Position numbers and translations under genes: made by a program
Shown here: piece by piece, positions 50,916 to 62,725 of the stretch
Layout: each line of letters begins with the position of its first letter
How positions within the stretch are numbered: position 1 is the stretch's first letter
Source: Camelus ferus
Taxonomy: Eukaryota
Length of the DNA stretch: 64,000 nt
Assembly: GCF_009834535.1 (NCBI RefSeq)
Contig: NC_045697.1
Location: forward strand, 45,262,001 to 45,326,000
Direction: 5' to 3'
Notes under the pieces: generated by a model
What the model was told of the DNA's origin: nothing
What the model saw: the letters and a program-made list of their open reading frames with translations, nothing else
The model's database searches: none

Positions 50916-51849
50916 TAATTTTGTCAAATTTCCAGTCAGTTTACTGTTATTTTTTATGGCTGATATGTATGTCTACGTGTAGATTCTCTCCACAACTAGC
51001 CTATTCTTTCCTTGCATGTAGAAAAATTGGGTACATACCATAGCATCAAGCATGATGCCTTGAGCATAGTTATATAATACAAGTTGACTGATTCTGTGCT
51101 GTGTTGTTTCATGACATCATCTTACACCAACCACGTGCAGCGTCAGATTCTACTGCTCTGTGCCCCAGAGGGCGCGTTGCGTAGCGTGGGCTGCAGAAAG
51201 CTTATTCACAGCATATGCTTGTTACCTAATCTATTTCTCTCTGCCATCCTGCCATGACTCTTTCAGCTCTCACCCTGCTATTTTGTCTGCTATGACTCCT
51301 ACGAGAAGAAACAAACACGATTTTTTTTCTAGAACATTTTTATTGTACTCCCACTTGGGCAGATAAAAATGAATTTGACGTCACGGCTCAAACAGCAGCA
51401 GTGTTCACATGGACTTACTTTTCCTATCTTTACCAATCTCATGAGATCTGTAAATTTCTAATACACTTAGCTCTTCAACAGGTCCTGCAGGAAAATCAGA
51501 AAGAGATAGTAATTCCAGCCAAGTCAAGGAAGCAAGGACAGGAGCCACTGGACGATGTAAAGAAGAGACATAAATTCATCTGCTAATCTAGGGGTCAGAG
51601 GCTCTGGTTGGGCTTCTGAAAATATAGGAGATTTTGTAAAGGCTTATATATCAGGTACACACTAGCTTCTTGCCCTTCACTGAATAATCTATTCTGGGAC
51701 CATGTTGGGGAACCCCACTTCTGAAAAACAAACAAGTGAGCAGTAATGGCGAGAAGACACCAAAAAACACGTTTATCTCTTATTTAATGAAGTTTCTGCC
51801 CTTACCCTAACTTAAAAATAGTGATTTCCTTCACCCATGATAGTGTCCA

Positions 51850-52219
51850 CGTTAGTCAGCACAGGCTGCCATCACAAAATACCAGAGACTAGGGGGCTTA
51901 AAACAATAGAAATCTATTTCTCACTGTTTTGGAGGCTAGAAGTCCAAGATCAAGGTGCAGGCTGATTCAGCTCTGGGTGATTCCTCTCCCTGGCTAACAG
52001 ATAGCTGCCTTCTCGCTATGTCTTCACATAGCAGAGAAAGAGAGGTCTTGTCTCTCTTCCTCTTCTTCTAAGGACACTAATCCTATGAAATCAGGGCCCA
52101 ACCCTTATGACCTTACTTAAGCTTAATTTTTTTCAGTAAAAGTCCTGTCTCCAAATGCAGTATCATTGAGGGTTAGTTTCAACATACAAATTTTTGAGGG
52201 ACAGAATTCAGTCCATAGT
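51850..52219 (-). mobile_element. MaLR solo LTR (MLT1A-like)
   Basis: ggctgccatcacaaaataccagagact...ggaggctagaagtccaagatcaaggtg...aattcagtccata. Confidence 0.88.
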
Positions 52220-54014
52220 AGGGTCTATCTTTGAGATTTATCTTAAGCCTGAAATCTATTTATTGAATAGTTAAATATAAATGTTTTTAATCTATGGAAT
52301 AGTCCTCTCAGTACTGATCATTTAGGAGTGGTAGATCTATATCTGGAATAGCTGAGTGCTACATAATTCCTATTTTAAGATGAAATGAACAATAAATTTA
52401 GCAGTGACAGCAGATGTTTAAAACCAGCCTGGGGGGCCCGACTGCTACTGTTATTGTCGTGTCAGAAAATCTCATTAACAATTCAGAAGCTCCCTAAATC
52501 AATTCTACTATTAGCTCTAGGATATAGACCATCCTATTCAGGTACACCGATTTCCTTCATTGAGCACAGATCATGTAATAATAACATTCCAAGCTGGCTT
52601 TGAATATCCATATTATTAAAAACCACCACACCCTTTACTTTATAGTTTAGTCAAAATTAAATCGTGTCATTAAACCAGTAATATTAGGAGGAAAAAGAAT
52701 ATTGTTGATCCCTGTTTAGGTGCTAATTTACTAAAGCCATCTTCACCTCAAAGATGACTTCCCCTAATCTGTGTCCACGTGACTTACTAAACAACAGACA
52801 GGTTTTAGTCAGTTTGGGGAAATATCTGGCCAATATGTGATCAGAGAGGAAATCAGTCAAATTGGTTTTTTGGATCAAATACATACAGGCATGTACTGTT
52901 TAGCATCCTGCTTGAGTCAAACATATAAATTGTGATTTTTTTCAAAGGCATTTTTGGGATATGGGCTACCAAACTCAGATTCTTTTGAAACAAGTCTGAG
53001 AAAAAGGAGCTTAAGAGATCTTCCAGCTCCACTTCTTTTTGGTGGCTGAACCAGCGACTGCAGAGGGAAGGTAAGAAGGTAAGAAAGAGCCCACACCCAG
53101 CAGAAGCTGGGCTAGAATTAAGGGCTAGGTCTTATCAAGTTTGTCTCAAGCTTCTCACCAATATCACCCCATTCTAGATTTAGATTATTTCCTAAATATG
53201 CCTCCATGTTCTTTCTCTACCCAATAAAACATTCCTCCACCAACAACACTTGAAATATTTCCTGAGGAAAGGGTTTGAAATCCAGAAGTACTCTTAAAAG
53301 GGTCTGAGAATCTGCCTTTCCTTGACTCCTGAAGAACTGCATGGGCATGATGTCTGGAAATTGCTATGTTCAGTTTTTTCTTATAAACTTACAGTTTATT
53401 AAAAAGTTATAATTTGGGAGGAGGCTTAAAGAATTTTCCTCAGTGTTTTAAGTTTTTATTTACTCTTTCCATTCCTCCATCACAACTGTTTTGCTTTACA
53501 TTCCTTTCTTGAAATTACAGAACTTCACTTCCCTCTCTCACAAGCCCAGAAGAATCTCCTCTTACTAACTAGATTTGATGATTAATGTAGGTGAGAAAAT
53601 CACATGTGCTTACATATGTATCTTCAGCAAGGAATTGGTAAGTTGTCACCATTTGTTTTTGAAGGCTATGGAAATACAAGACTATATCTGCTTATCATAT
53701 TTTTACAAACATATTGCAATCATTTCCTATTTCTAAGTGGCACGTGATGTGAAACAGCTGAAATGTTTCAAAAATGGGGCAGATATATTATAAAACAGAT
53801 AGATATGAAAGACTTAAATTTAGTATTGGGTTTGAGAAATAGCATGAGACCTTTGGAGAGTCTGAATATTTTCCAACGTGTGATATACTGAGAGTTCTGT
53901 CATATTTATGAGGCTGTATGGTCTAACTCAGGTGTGAGAAATAGCTTGGTTTTCTCATGCAGAGTGAGCAGAGTCAGATTATTGTGCTGTTGAACTGAAT
54001 TAAGACATGGTAGA

Positions 54015-54135
54015 TGCTGTATATACGTGCACATGTTCAAATATGCAGATATATACACATTTACATACATGTATATGCATTATGTAACAGTAAATATAAG
54101 TATAATATAAAACCACATATACATATATATATGAG
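54015..54135. repeat. Low-complexity TA/CA-rich tract
   Basis: Degenerate (TA)n/(TACA)n sequence. Confidence 0.6.
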
Positions 54136-54449
54136 ATAACCTGTACACAAATCAGAGTGCTAGATTCTTTGAAAACTACAAAGACAAATAAATGTGTACA
54201 GGGGGAGGAGGCATGTAAACATTTAAACAGCATGGGTTAGAAAATGACCAGGACTCTTATTATGAAGAATCAGGAGACTTTAGACTTTAGATAAGGAAGT
54301 CCTGAAACAGTAAGGAGATGCTGAGATCAGTGTTTCCAAAACAACAAACAAACCCCCCTAACAACACAGGCAAAGCAAAACAAAAACAAATTCGCTTTGC
54401 CTCCTTCAGAGTTGTTTCTAGGGCCCTTAACAAGGTAAGTACAAGCCCT

Positions 54450-54630
54450 AGGAGTCTTGAATTCCAGAACCATTCAAATCCCTGCTCCATCTCTTACTAG
54501 CTGTGCTCTCTGGAAAAATTACTTAGCTTCTCTGTGCCTTTGTTTCTTCATCTATAAATTGAAGAGGATGCTAGTGCAAACCTTGTGAATTGTCATCAGA
54601 CTTAAGTGAGCAAATATATGTGAAATAACC
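54450..54630 (+). mobile_element. MIR SINE
   Basis: ttcaaatccctgctccatctcttactagctgtg...ttacttagcttctctgtgcctttgtttcttcatctataaa. Confidence 0.8.
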
Positions 54631-55626
54631 AGAAACATGTTTAAGTTATAGAACTTAGAGGGCGGGCCTCAGCCTAAACACAGGTGCTGGGAGAATTTGG
54701 GGTGAGGAGGGGAAAAGACCGTACTTTCTTTCACTCTTCCCAACGACAGTATATATTCCAGCTTTAAAGTCAGTAAAAGAATAGAGTGAGAGATACTTTA
54801 CTGGTAAAAGATCAAGCTTGCAACTTTGAAACTAAAAGGTCCTAAGAAACATGAGCGCAGTGAGTATTGTCATAGTCATTTTACAGAGGCTCCAAGTTTG
54901 CTTTATTGAAGATGAAAATTCAATAATTTTCCAAATCAAATTGCAGAGGAACAGATGAGTTAATATTGTTTTGTGGACTTTTCACTTCCTGACATTTGGG
55001 TCAGAGAGGAGAAAACACTCAGCCTTTGCTTTATATGCTATTTTCTCCTCTTTATCTGAGAACTACAATATTCCTTCCCGAGTCAGTAAAGATCTCAGAG
55101 TGTGCAAACTACTCCCGGGGCTATTGGATACTTTCAGAAGCAGCATTTAAGTTATTGTAGCAAAACATAATGAGATTTTTTTTTTTAAACTGATGTGCTC
55201 TGTAAGTAACTGTCAAAAAATTGTATTAAAAATACTTTCTTTTTTAAGATGTAAATTAGACACCCCGGACTGTTTTCCTTTCAAGATTTTTCTGTAGAGT
55301 ACTTTGAAAGATACAACAACAGCAAAAAAAACCCCCACAAAACCCTGTCAGTAATTTACAGATAAATGCCTCCAGTAATGTTTGCGTTTAGGCCTTTGAG
55401 GCTATGTCATTAAACTAGAAACTTTTCTCCTTCGAAGATGCTGGAGTTTTATTTTTCTGTCTCTGTGTCTCTCTCTTTCTCTCTCTCCCTGCCCCTGCTC
55501 GCTTAGCATTCCAGAGTGAAACAATAGATACCTTTATGCCCTTCAGGTATTCAAAAGGCATCCATTGTTTCTTCCCCTAGGAAGAAACATTTTGTTTTCA
55601 TTGATTAACATTTCCCTGGAAGAAGT

Positions 55627-56162
55627 TGTTGGGAAGGGGAAAATTTCCCTCTCTACCTCTCCTGAGTTCTTGTGGCTGGACTGATAATAAAATTAACACA
55701 AGACAGATGAACAAGGGAAAAGAAACAAATTTTAATTCATGTGCATGGAGGTGTCACAGAAACGGGACCTAAAAAGTGGCCAAAGTAGGCAGATTTTATA
55801 CTTTTCAGACAAAACAATAAATTTGTAAGGAATTGACAGGACAAAGAAACTTAGACTTTTGGGTGCTCAAGATACTGAAGAATCTAAAGAGAGTTTAGGC
55901 TTGGGGTAGTAAATTGAAGAAGTAACCGTGCTTGTTTCTATCGGTTTCTTGGCCCTCATTCCCTGTCTCTGCCTGTAAAGGGCGTCTACCCCCACACGCA
56001 GGGAGCACACCTTTCACGTGAGAGATGCATTTCCTGTTTCAGGAAGACAGAAAGGAAGGTCAAAGTTTCCCTCTTGAGCTGGCTGTTTCTTAAGACACTT
56101 TAATTCAAAATAATCAATATGCCACTGAAGCACACTTTGGGGTGGCCTACTCTGAGCCCCAA
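55627..56162 (-). mobile_element. MER34-family ERV1 solo LTR
   Basis: Right end aataatcaatatgccac...tttggggtggcctactctgagcccc is the reverse complement of the MER34 start (tcagaatatgccaccccaaa). Confidence 0.75.
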
Positions 56163-56776
56163 AAAGGTCTTGGAGGGAGGCAATCAGAAAATGGGAAGTC
56201 AGAGATTTTACATATCAGACTTAGAAAATTCTGATTATCTGATCTTTAATAGCAAGAGAGTGATTTACGATTGAAGTTAATATGAAGAGAAAATGTTTGT
56301 ACAGACTTAAGTGGTTCAAATACTTTCCCTCTGATTAATTACCAAATGCTTAGTGGAGCAAAGTGAATTAAATTGAACAGCTTATCGGGGAAACAGTTAG
56401 CAATGGTCAAGTTTTCAAAGTGATCATCTGGTTGCTACCAAAGGTTATCAAAATATGAATGCTAGGAAGAAACCAGATGTCACCTCGCAAGCTCCTGTGT
56501 GACACCCAATTGCACCTCAGACTCCTAACAGAGTCCACTGGGGTAGGAAAGGACTCGGAGGGGGCTGACCAGGACTACGCAGGTAAGTTTGCCGTAAAGA
56601 TCAGGCAGAAAAGTGAGCCTCCACCCTTCTAGAAAGAGGCATCCGTGATTTAGAAGGACTAGAGGGATAAGCCCACGCATAAATGAAGGTGAAAGAGGGA
56701 GCCATCAGGGAAGATAGAAATTGACTTCTGTAGTCGATAAGGCACCATTTCCACATACCCAGTCCTGACTTCTAAC

Positions 56777-57157
56777 TGTTGGCACTGTTGATTGTTTCCC
56801 TGCAGGCTCGCTGCCGGCCAGGGAAGGCTGGAAGTAAAGGAGAATTATTGCCCTATTATTATTATTTGCTAGGAAAGGGGAATTATTTCCCTCAACCTGT
56901 CACTGATGGGAGTTGGTAGACAAAATGCCCAGCTCCCTGTAGGGGTAACTCGGAGGGGGGTCCTGCACTGGCTCCTGGAGCTCCCAGCAGGGATAAGTAC
57001 CACTTGCTGGCGAGGTGGTAACTGCCGCGATTCTTCCTCGTCTCTGACTTCCTTCTCTTCTCTGCACACTGCAGGGTTTCCTGCACTATCTCCTCACTGA
57101 AATATTCACACAGGAATCTTGCCTCAGATCAGCATGAGAGGAACCCAAACTAAGACA
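56777..57157 (+). mobile_element. ERVL LTR16-like solo LTR
   Basis: gggagttggtagacaaaatgcccagctccct...aatcttgcctcag...ggaacccaaactaagaca, the typical LTR16 end. Confidence 0.78.
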
Positions 57158-57379
57158 GCTCAACTCAGCAAAGTACTAGGGGCAGAGGAGGACACTTTTG
57201 GTCAGAAGTTAGAAAATGACAATGTGCACACATCTCCTTTCTTTCCACAAAGGCCTTAGGAGCTGGGGAGATAAGGGTGTGAACGCAGCAGGACCCCCGC
57301 CAGGAGTGAGGGGAGAGTCATGCCAAAGTGGTAAGTCTTTCATGGGCCCCAGTAATAGCACCTGTTTCCTGCCTGGCTC

Positions 57380-57726
57380 TATACAAGTTCAGAAATAAAA
57401 GTGAACGGAGAGAGACCAAAACGACATCTTTATCTCTCACAGAATTAGATGACCACTCTTCTCACTGGGGAGTCCATACGGAGAGACCACATAGAGATGG
57501 AAAGAGAGGCTGGCGGTGCGTGGCTCTAGGTACGTGAGGGAGACTTATTCCAGCCTCAGATAGTATCTGACTGCAGCCGCGTGAGAGTCCCTGAGACAGA
57601 GCTACCCAGCCAAGCCCTTTCCACATTCCTGACCCACAGAAACCTTGACTGATGTTAAATGAGTGTTGTCATTTTAACCCACCAAGCTGTGCAAGTTTTT
57701 TGTTACACAGATTGGATAAGTGGAAT
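57380..57726 (+). mobile_element. MaLR LTR (MLT1H-like)
   Basis: ggagagaccacatagag...gactgcagccgcgtgagagtccctgag...cccagccaagccc...ttcctgacccacagaaac...ttgttacacag. Confidence 0.75.
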
Positions 57727-57801
57727 CCTACTTTCTCATTTTGAAAAACAACGTTAACGTCATTAATGCGCTAACACCCATTTCAACTAGCAGTTGCAAG
57801 C

Positions 57802-57826
57802 TGTGTGTGTGTGTGTGTGTGTGTGT
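57802..57826 (+). repeat. (TG)n microsatellite
   Basis: About 12 TG units read directly. Confidence 0.95.
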
Positions 57827-57914
57827 TTAGATATTCCCGGGTTTAGTGCATCTCTGTCAGTTACCACTACTGTGTGTTGTGTAAGCCAGCTAACAAGCAG
57901 CACTCACAAAGGGC

Positions 57915-57995
57915 CTCACATTCTGATTTCTCTCAAGCTCTCAGGGGGTGCTGATGCTGGTAGACCAGGTGTACCACACTTTGAATAGCAAGGCA
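57915..57995. mobile_element. MER5A-like fragment
   Basis: caagctctcagggggtgctgatgctgg...accacactttgaatagcaagg. Confidence 0.6.
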
Positions 57996-59343
57996 TTAAA
58001 CTATGTTGTTTCTCACACTTGCTGCTGGCCTAGTTTCCACCGGTAGGTTGTAGTCATAGTACTCTTGGGATAGTGAATTCTTGCCGCCTCATCGGACTGC
58101 GCTATAGGAATTAGAATTGGATCAGAACCTCCCAGTAACCAAGTGCTGATGCTGCACCAGGGGGCTTTTCAGGCCTTGCTCCCTCCAGGTCTACCCGTTC
58201 TGTTGCTGTCAATCTTTATGCCAGGCCAAGCTATAAAGAATGACTTTCCAATGTGACATGGCTCGGCATTGCAGCCAAGATGTTCTCTTGTCCTCTTAGG
58301 TGAAATATATTTAAAATAAATAGAAGAATTCATGTTTATTAGAGATTTTAGGCCTTCTGGTAATTCTCAGAAATCTCCATCAGATAAAAGCTTTTGTGAA
58401 AGTGTAATTATCTTTGCAATAATCCTTATTAATGGGGAGAAGAACTGTGTTACCCACATCCAAGTAGTCAGTAACCACAACATTAGGTTTATATCCTTTC
58501 TTTTTTTTCTTGTTTTGATTGAAATTTTTGTTTTTTTGTTTTCTTAAAGCTAACATCTAAATAACGGTGCCTTCCTATTTTAGGTATCAGCTAGATAGTG
58601 GAGGGAAGTTAGGCAGGATTTTAAAATATAGTAGCAATTTAAGGCTTAAAGAATGACTCTGCTATGTGACTGTATTTGGCAATGGATTATAATATGGAAA
58701 AAAATAATAAAAAAAACAGGCCAGGCAAATTCCTAGGACACCAGGCCAGGCAGAACTCTACCCATTCACTCAAATGCACAAAAAAGCCATGATTGTCATT
58801 CATGTCTCTGTCAGTCCACCAAGGGTGATGTTGCAAACCTCACAATTTTAAGAGCTCTGATGTGCAAGGGGCACAACATTTCTCCAAGTGTTCTATGGTA
58901 TGATGAGAGCTGTTATACAATAAAGGGCGAAAGAAACAGGAAAGAAAGGTAACTAACTAAATTTGGGAAAAATCAGACTAAAATTAGACTTAAGAAAGTT
59001 AAGCAGAGTTCTTTCCTGAAGCATGTCCTGTAGCCTTTAAGACATCAGGGTACAGTAGGAGTGGGAGTTAGCTAATGTCTGCTTTTCCCAACCATTTAAA
59101 AATAGCAAAACCTCCTTTTTTTCTGGCTTAAGTTGGAAAAACATACGGTTTGGGTCAGTTCTTCAAGATACACAACTTCCATTGACTAGCTGGTGAAAGT
59201 CTTACAGGTGTTTTCAGCTCAGATGTCTATGAACTGGAGGAAATTCTGAGATGGGCGATGGTGAAGTCTGTGACAAATTGGGGGTATTTTCCTAACCCAA
59301 AAGCATTTAAATTCAAATTGCTAAAAGCGTTCTTCTGGCCAAG

Positions 59344-59700
59344 TGTATTAGTTGGCTGTTTCTATGTAACAAATTGTCTAAAGAGAATGAGCATCTTAAA
59401 AACAACACATATTAGTTCATAGTTTCTATAGGTCAGGAACTGGGAATGGCTTAGCAGGGTGGTTCTGGCTCAGGGTCTTCCATAAAACTGCAGTCTCAAG
59501 GCTGTTGTCATTTGAAGGCTTGACTGGGGCTCCAGGATCCCTTCCAAGCCTATTCATCTGGCTGTTGGCTGGAGGCCTCACTTCCTTGCCACAAGGGCCT
59601 TTTCAAAGGATGGCTCACAACATGGCATCTGGCTTCCTCCTGTAAACAGTGACCCAGGAGAGACAAAGAAAAAGCAGAAAGCTGCAGTGCCTTTTATGTT
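59344..59700 (-). mobile_element. MaLR LTR (MLT1E/F-like)
   Basis: tgtattagtt...gtaacaaatt...ggtcaggaa...ggcttagcagggtggttctggctcagggtc...gaaggcttgactggggct. Confidence 0.8.
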
Positions 59701-59819
59701 GTCTCCAATTTTCTGCAATTATAAAATAGACTGGGATGAACATCTTTACAATTAAGTATTTTAGGCATTCACGTTGTTTCCTTAACATATTTTTAGAGGT
59801 AGAATTGTGCTCACACTGC

Positions 59820-60080
59820 CATCATGACTCAAATGTCATCTCTAAGAAGCCTTCCCCAGCCAGTCTAAAATAGCTCTCTCTCCTAGCACTGTTAGCTAAT
59901 CATTCTGTGATACTTTCTACAGGATTATCACTGTCTGAAATTATTTTAGTAATTTATGAATTCCCCTCGTCTTATAGAATGTAAGCTTCATGAGGACAAA
60001 GATTTTGCTTGATTTGATCATTACTATATTTCTGGCATCTGAAATAGTGCTTGGCATGTGTTATGTGTTCAATAAAGTTA
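59820..60080 (+). mobile_element. L2 3' end
   Basis: ctcaaatgtcatctct...tagaatgtaagcttcatgaggacaaag...atagtgcttggcatgtg...gttcaataaa. Confidence 0.75.
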
Positions 60081-60114
60081 TTTTTTTTGAGACCCCCAGT
60101 TTTTATTCTCTATT

Positions 60115-60335
60115 TTATCTTTTTCTTTTATATTAAGTGTAGTTGATTTATAATGCTGTGTTAGTTTCCAGTGCATAGCATAGTTATTCAGTTATACATA
60201 CATATTCCTTTTCCTTTATTTTTCCATTATAGGCTCTTACAAGATATTGAATACCCCTGTGCTATACAGTAGGACCTTGTTGCTTATCTATTTTATATAT
60301 AGTAGTTAGTATCTGAAAATCCCGAATGTCCATTT
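60115..60335 (-). mobile_element. LINE-1 3' UTR tip
   Basis: aagtgtagttgatttataatgctgtgttagtttcc...ccctgtgctatacagtaggaccttgttg. Confidence 0.88.
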
Positions 60336-60409
60336 TGTTCAGTGAGTTTTTAATGCATAAATTAATGCATATGAATCTGTTTTCCTGTCATCTGCCTATC
60401 ACTATCATT

Positions 60410-60675
60410 AACAAAAAAAACTTCAAATAGGTGAAAATTGATATTTTGTTAATGGTATCTTTTATGTCTTTGATCACTATTTAGGTTGCTTTTCTTTTTT
60501 ACATGTTTATTGATGACTGTAGTTCCACTTTTAAAAATTGTTCTTTCAAGTTCTTTTCCCAGTTCAGAACACTGGGGCATTGTTTCTTTTCCTGTTGATC
60601 TGTAACAGTTCTTTATATTCTGACTCTTTGTCTGCCATCTTTGTTGCTGGGGCAAATTGTCCCAAGTTAATTTCT
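60410..60675 (-). mobile_element. Very old L1M ORF2 remnant
   Basis: Degenerate similarity to the region at 17770-18010 (ataggtgaaaattgatattt...catgtttattg...gttctttatattct). Confidence 0.5.
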
Positions 60676-62569
60676 CTGTGCAGGCCAGATCTCTTGCAGG
60701 CATTGACTTTTCAGTTCCAAGATGACAGTGGCAGAGACTGATAGTTTGAATAAGAACGGCTAAAAGGACTCATTCTGTTCTTAGAAGTGTGGTTGCAGCT
60801 GCTATTTGCAGAATTTAAGCCTTTTGCTTGCTCTGAGTTTCATGAGTTAGCCCGAGGTCTTTAAAATTACTTTCCCATCAGGCCAATGTGACAAAGCTGG
60901 GCCTCATCTTTTGGAGCTGTGCTTCAGGGAATCCTTAAAATAGTCCTCCTGCCCCATCCTGCTCATGGCTGCTCTACTTTAGCTTACAACTATGAAAGTT
61001 CCTTGAGTGTCTGGTGGTCATCTGTCTCCCAGATGGGGTCGGTTCCACAAAGCTATGCCGAGACGAATGTCACTCTACTGTTGGGGTCCCTGGCAGGCCA
61101 CTTCCTGCTCAATAGGTTCATGGGGAATTCCACTGGAAGTGCTCAAGCAAGGAGTGACTTCCAGGGTAGGTACAACTCTCAACATGTTCAGAGTTGGGCT
61201 TTAAGCTTTGGAGTCACATTTTGCCTGCCAGCCTCTCAAAGGGGTTAGCCTTCTTTGTTCAGGTTTCTTCTTCGTCAGTCTGTGCAATATTGGATTGACC
61301 ACTTGCTGACACATGTGGGGGATTGTTTCCACCTCTGCATAACTGAAGAAACTCTTCAAAATATGACTATATCCTCTGAGGCAGTTTAGCCTATCTTGAT
61401 CCTCTCTATCACTTTCTGTCTGTTTCTCTCTCTCTCCCCCCTCTCTCTTTTTCTCCCTCTCCCTATCTTTCTACGAAGAGGAGAATGGATTAGGACAAGT
61501 GATAAAATATGAGTAAATATGGCCCTGTAACTCTGACCTATCTCTTTGGTGATGAGGGATTCAATTATATTATATATGCTTAGAATGGGTCTTAAATGAA
61601 ACCATTGTAACAGCCTCTTCTTTTATTTAATGTAGCAGGGAAATAGTGAGACTTTAAACTTCAGTCCATGCTAAGCTTCCAGTTATCATAAAATGGGGCG
61701 ATTGGAGTTGGGCAGGGATGGACCAGGGAGTAAAAGAAGGTCTTCGTGTTGCCATTTAATTGGGTTGACCTCATGCTGCTCACTGAACTTTACGAGGGTG
61801 TAATTGGAATGGGTAAACGTAGCACATCAAAATCAAAGTGAGTCTTCCACAAAAGTTTTGTGTGAAAATTCAGAAACTCTTGGCTATGGTTTTTTTTTTT
61901 TTTATTGACTTGGCCTCAGTTCAATATGTAATTGAATCAGGCCAGTGATAGAATCTGCTACTCCTGGATAACTGCAGAATTGTTCTTCTTGAATTGTTAA
62001 TGCAGATGTGAAATTGAGGTCATACTGTTAATTCTTTTTTTGTTTTTCTTTTTGATAGAAAACAGAATGACTTTTTGGTGTTTTCCTCTAGGAAAGTGCA
62101 GTGCTCGTCATAATCTTCTTATTTCATTTTCTGTTTTTAAAAATTTCTTTTTCTGAGAGAGCACCTTAATTGGACCATGGTCATTTTCAGCCCCACTTGG
62201 GCTACAGCTAAATGGGTGCAGAGTATAACTTCAGAGGTCCTGGAAGAAATCTTGTTTGGGCAAGTACTGGCTATAAAGGATCCCTGGGCTTCTGTGGCTC
62301 TCTGCCAGTACCCCCTCCCACCAGCTTGGGGGACACAACTCCTTTTATAGAAAATGAGCTCTATTAAGTTTTCGACTCTGATCTTTTCTCCTTTGCAGAG
62401 GGTAAAGAGCCTTGCCTCCAAGTGTGGCTGATGAACTAGGACCCCCGAGTGTCGAGGTGCTTTATATGCTACAGTAGCAAATCAACCCAAAGGGATGTGC
62501 TGCAGTCATTATGGCAAGAATCTAAAACCACTGGGACTTTAGTTTTGTCTTCTTAACAATGGGATTGTT

Positions 62570-62725
62570 GAAGGGGATGAGTATAGCTTAGTGCATGCTT
62601 AGCATGCATGAGGTCTTGGATTCAATTCCCAGGGCCTCTATTAAAAAAAAAATACACACACACACACATAAATAAAAATCTAATTACCTCCTCCCAAAAC
62701 AAACAAACAAAAAGGATTAAAAAGA
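62570..62725 (+). mobile_element. Vic-1-like SINE with perfect 12-bp TSD
   Basis: gtatagcttagtgcatgcttagcatgcatgaggtcttggattcaattcccag...ctaattacctcc; TSD aatgggattgtt at 62558-62569 and 62726-62737. Confidence 0.92.

Noticed and set aside
58150..58170. CTCF-like gcaccagggggctt
   Set aside because: Mismatches at both ends of the core make it too weak to call without data
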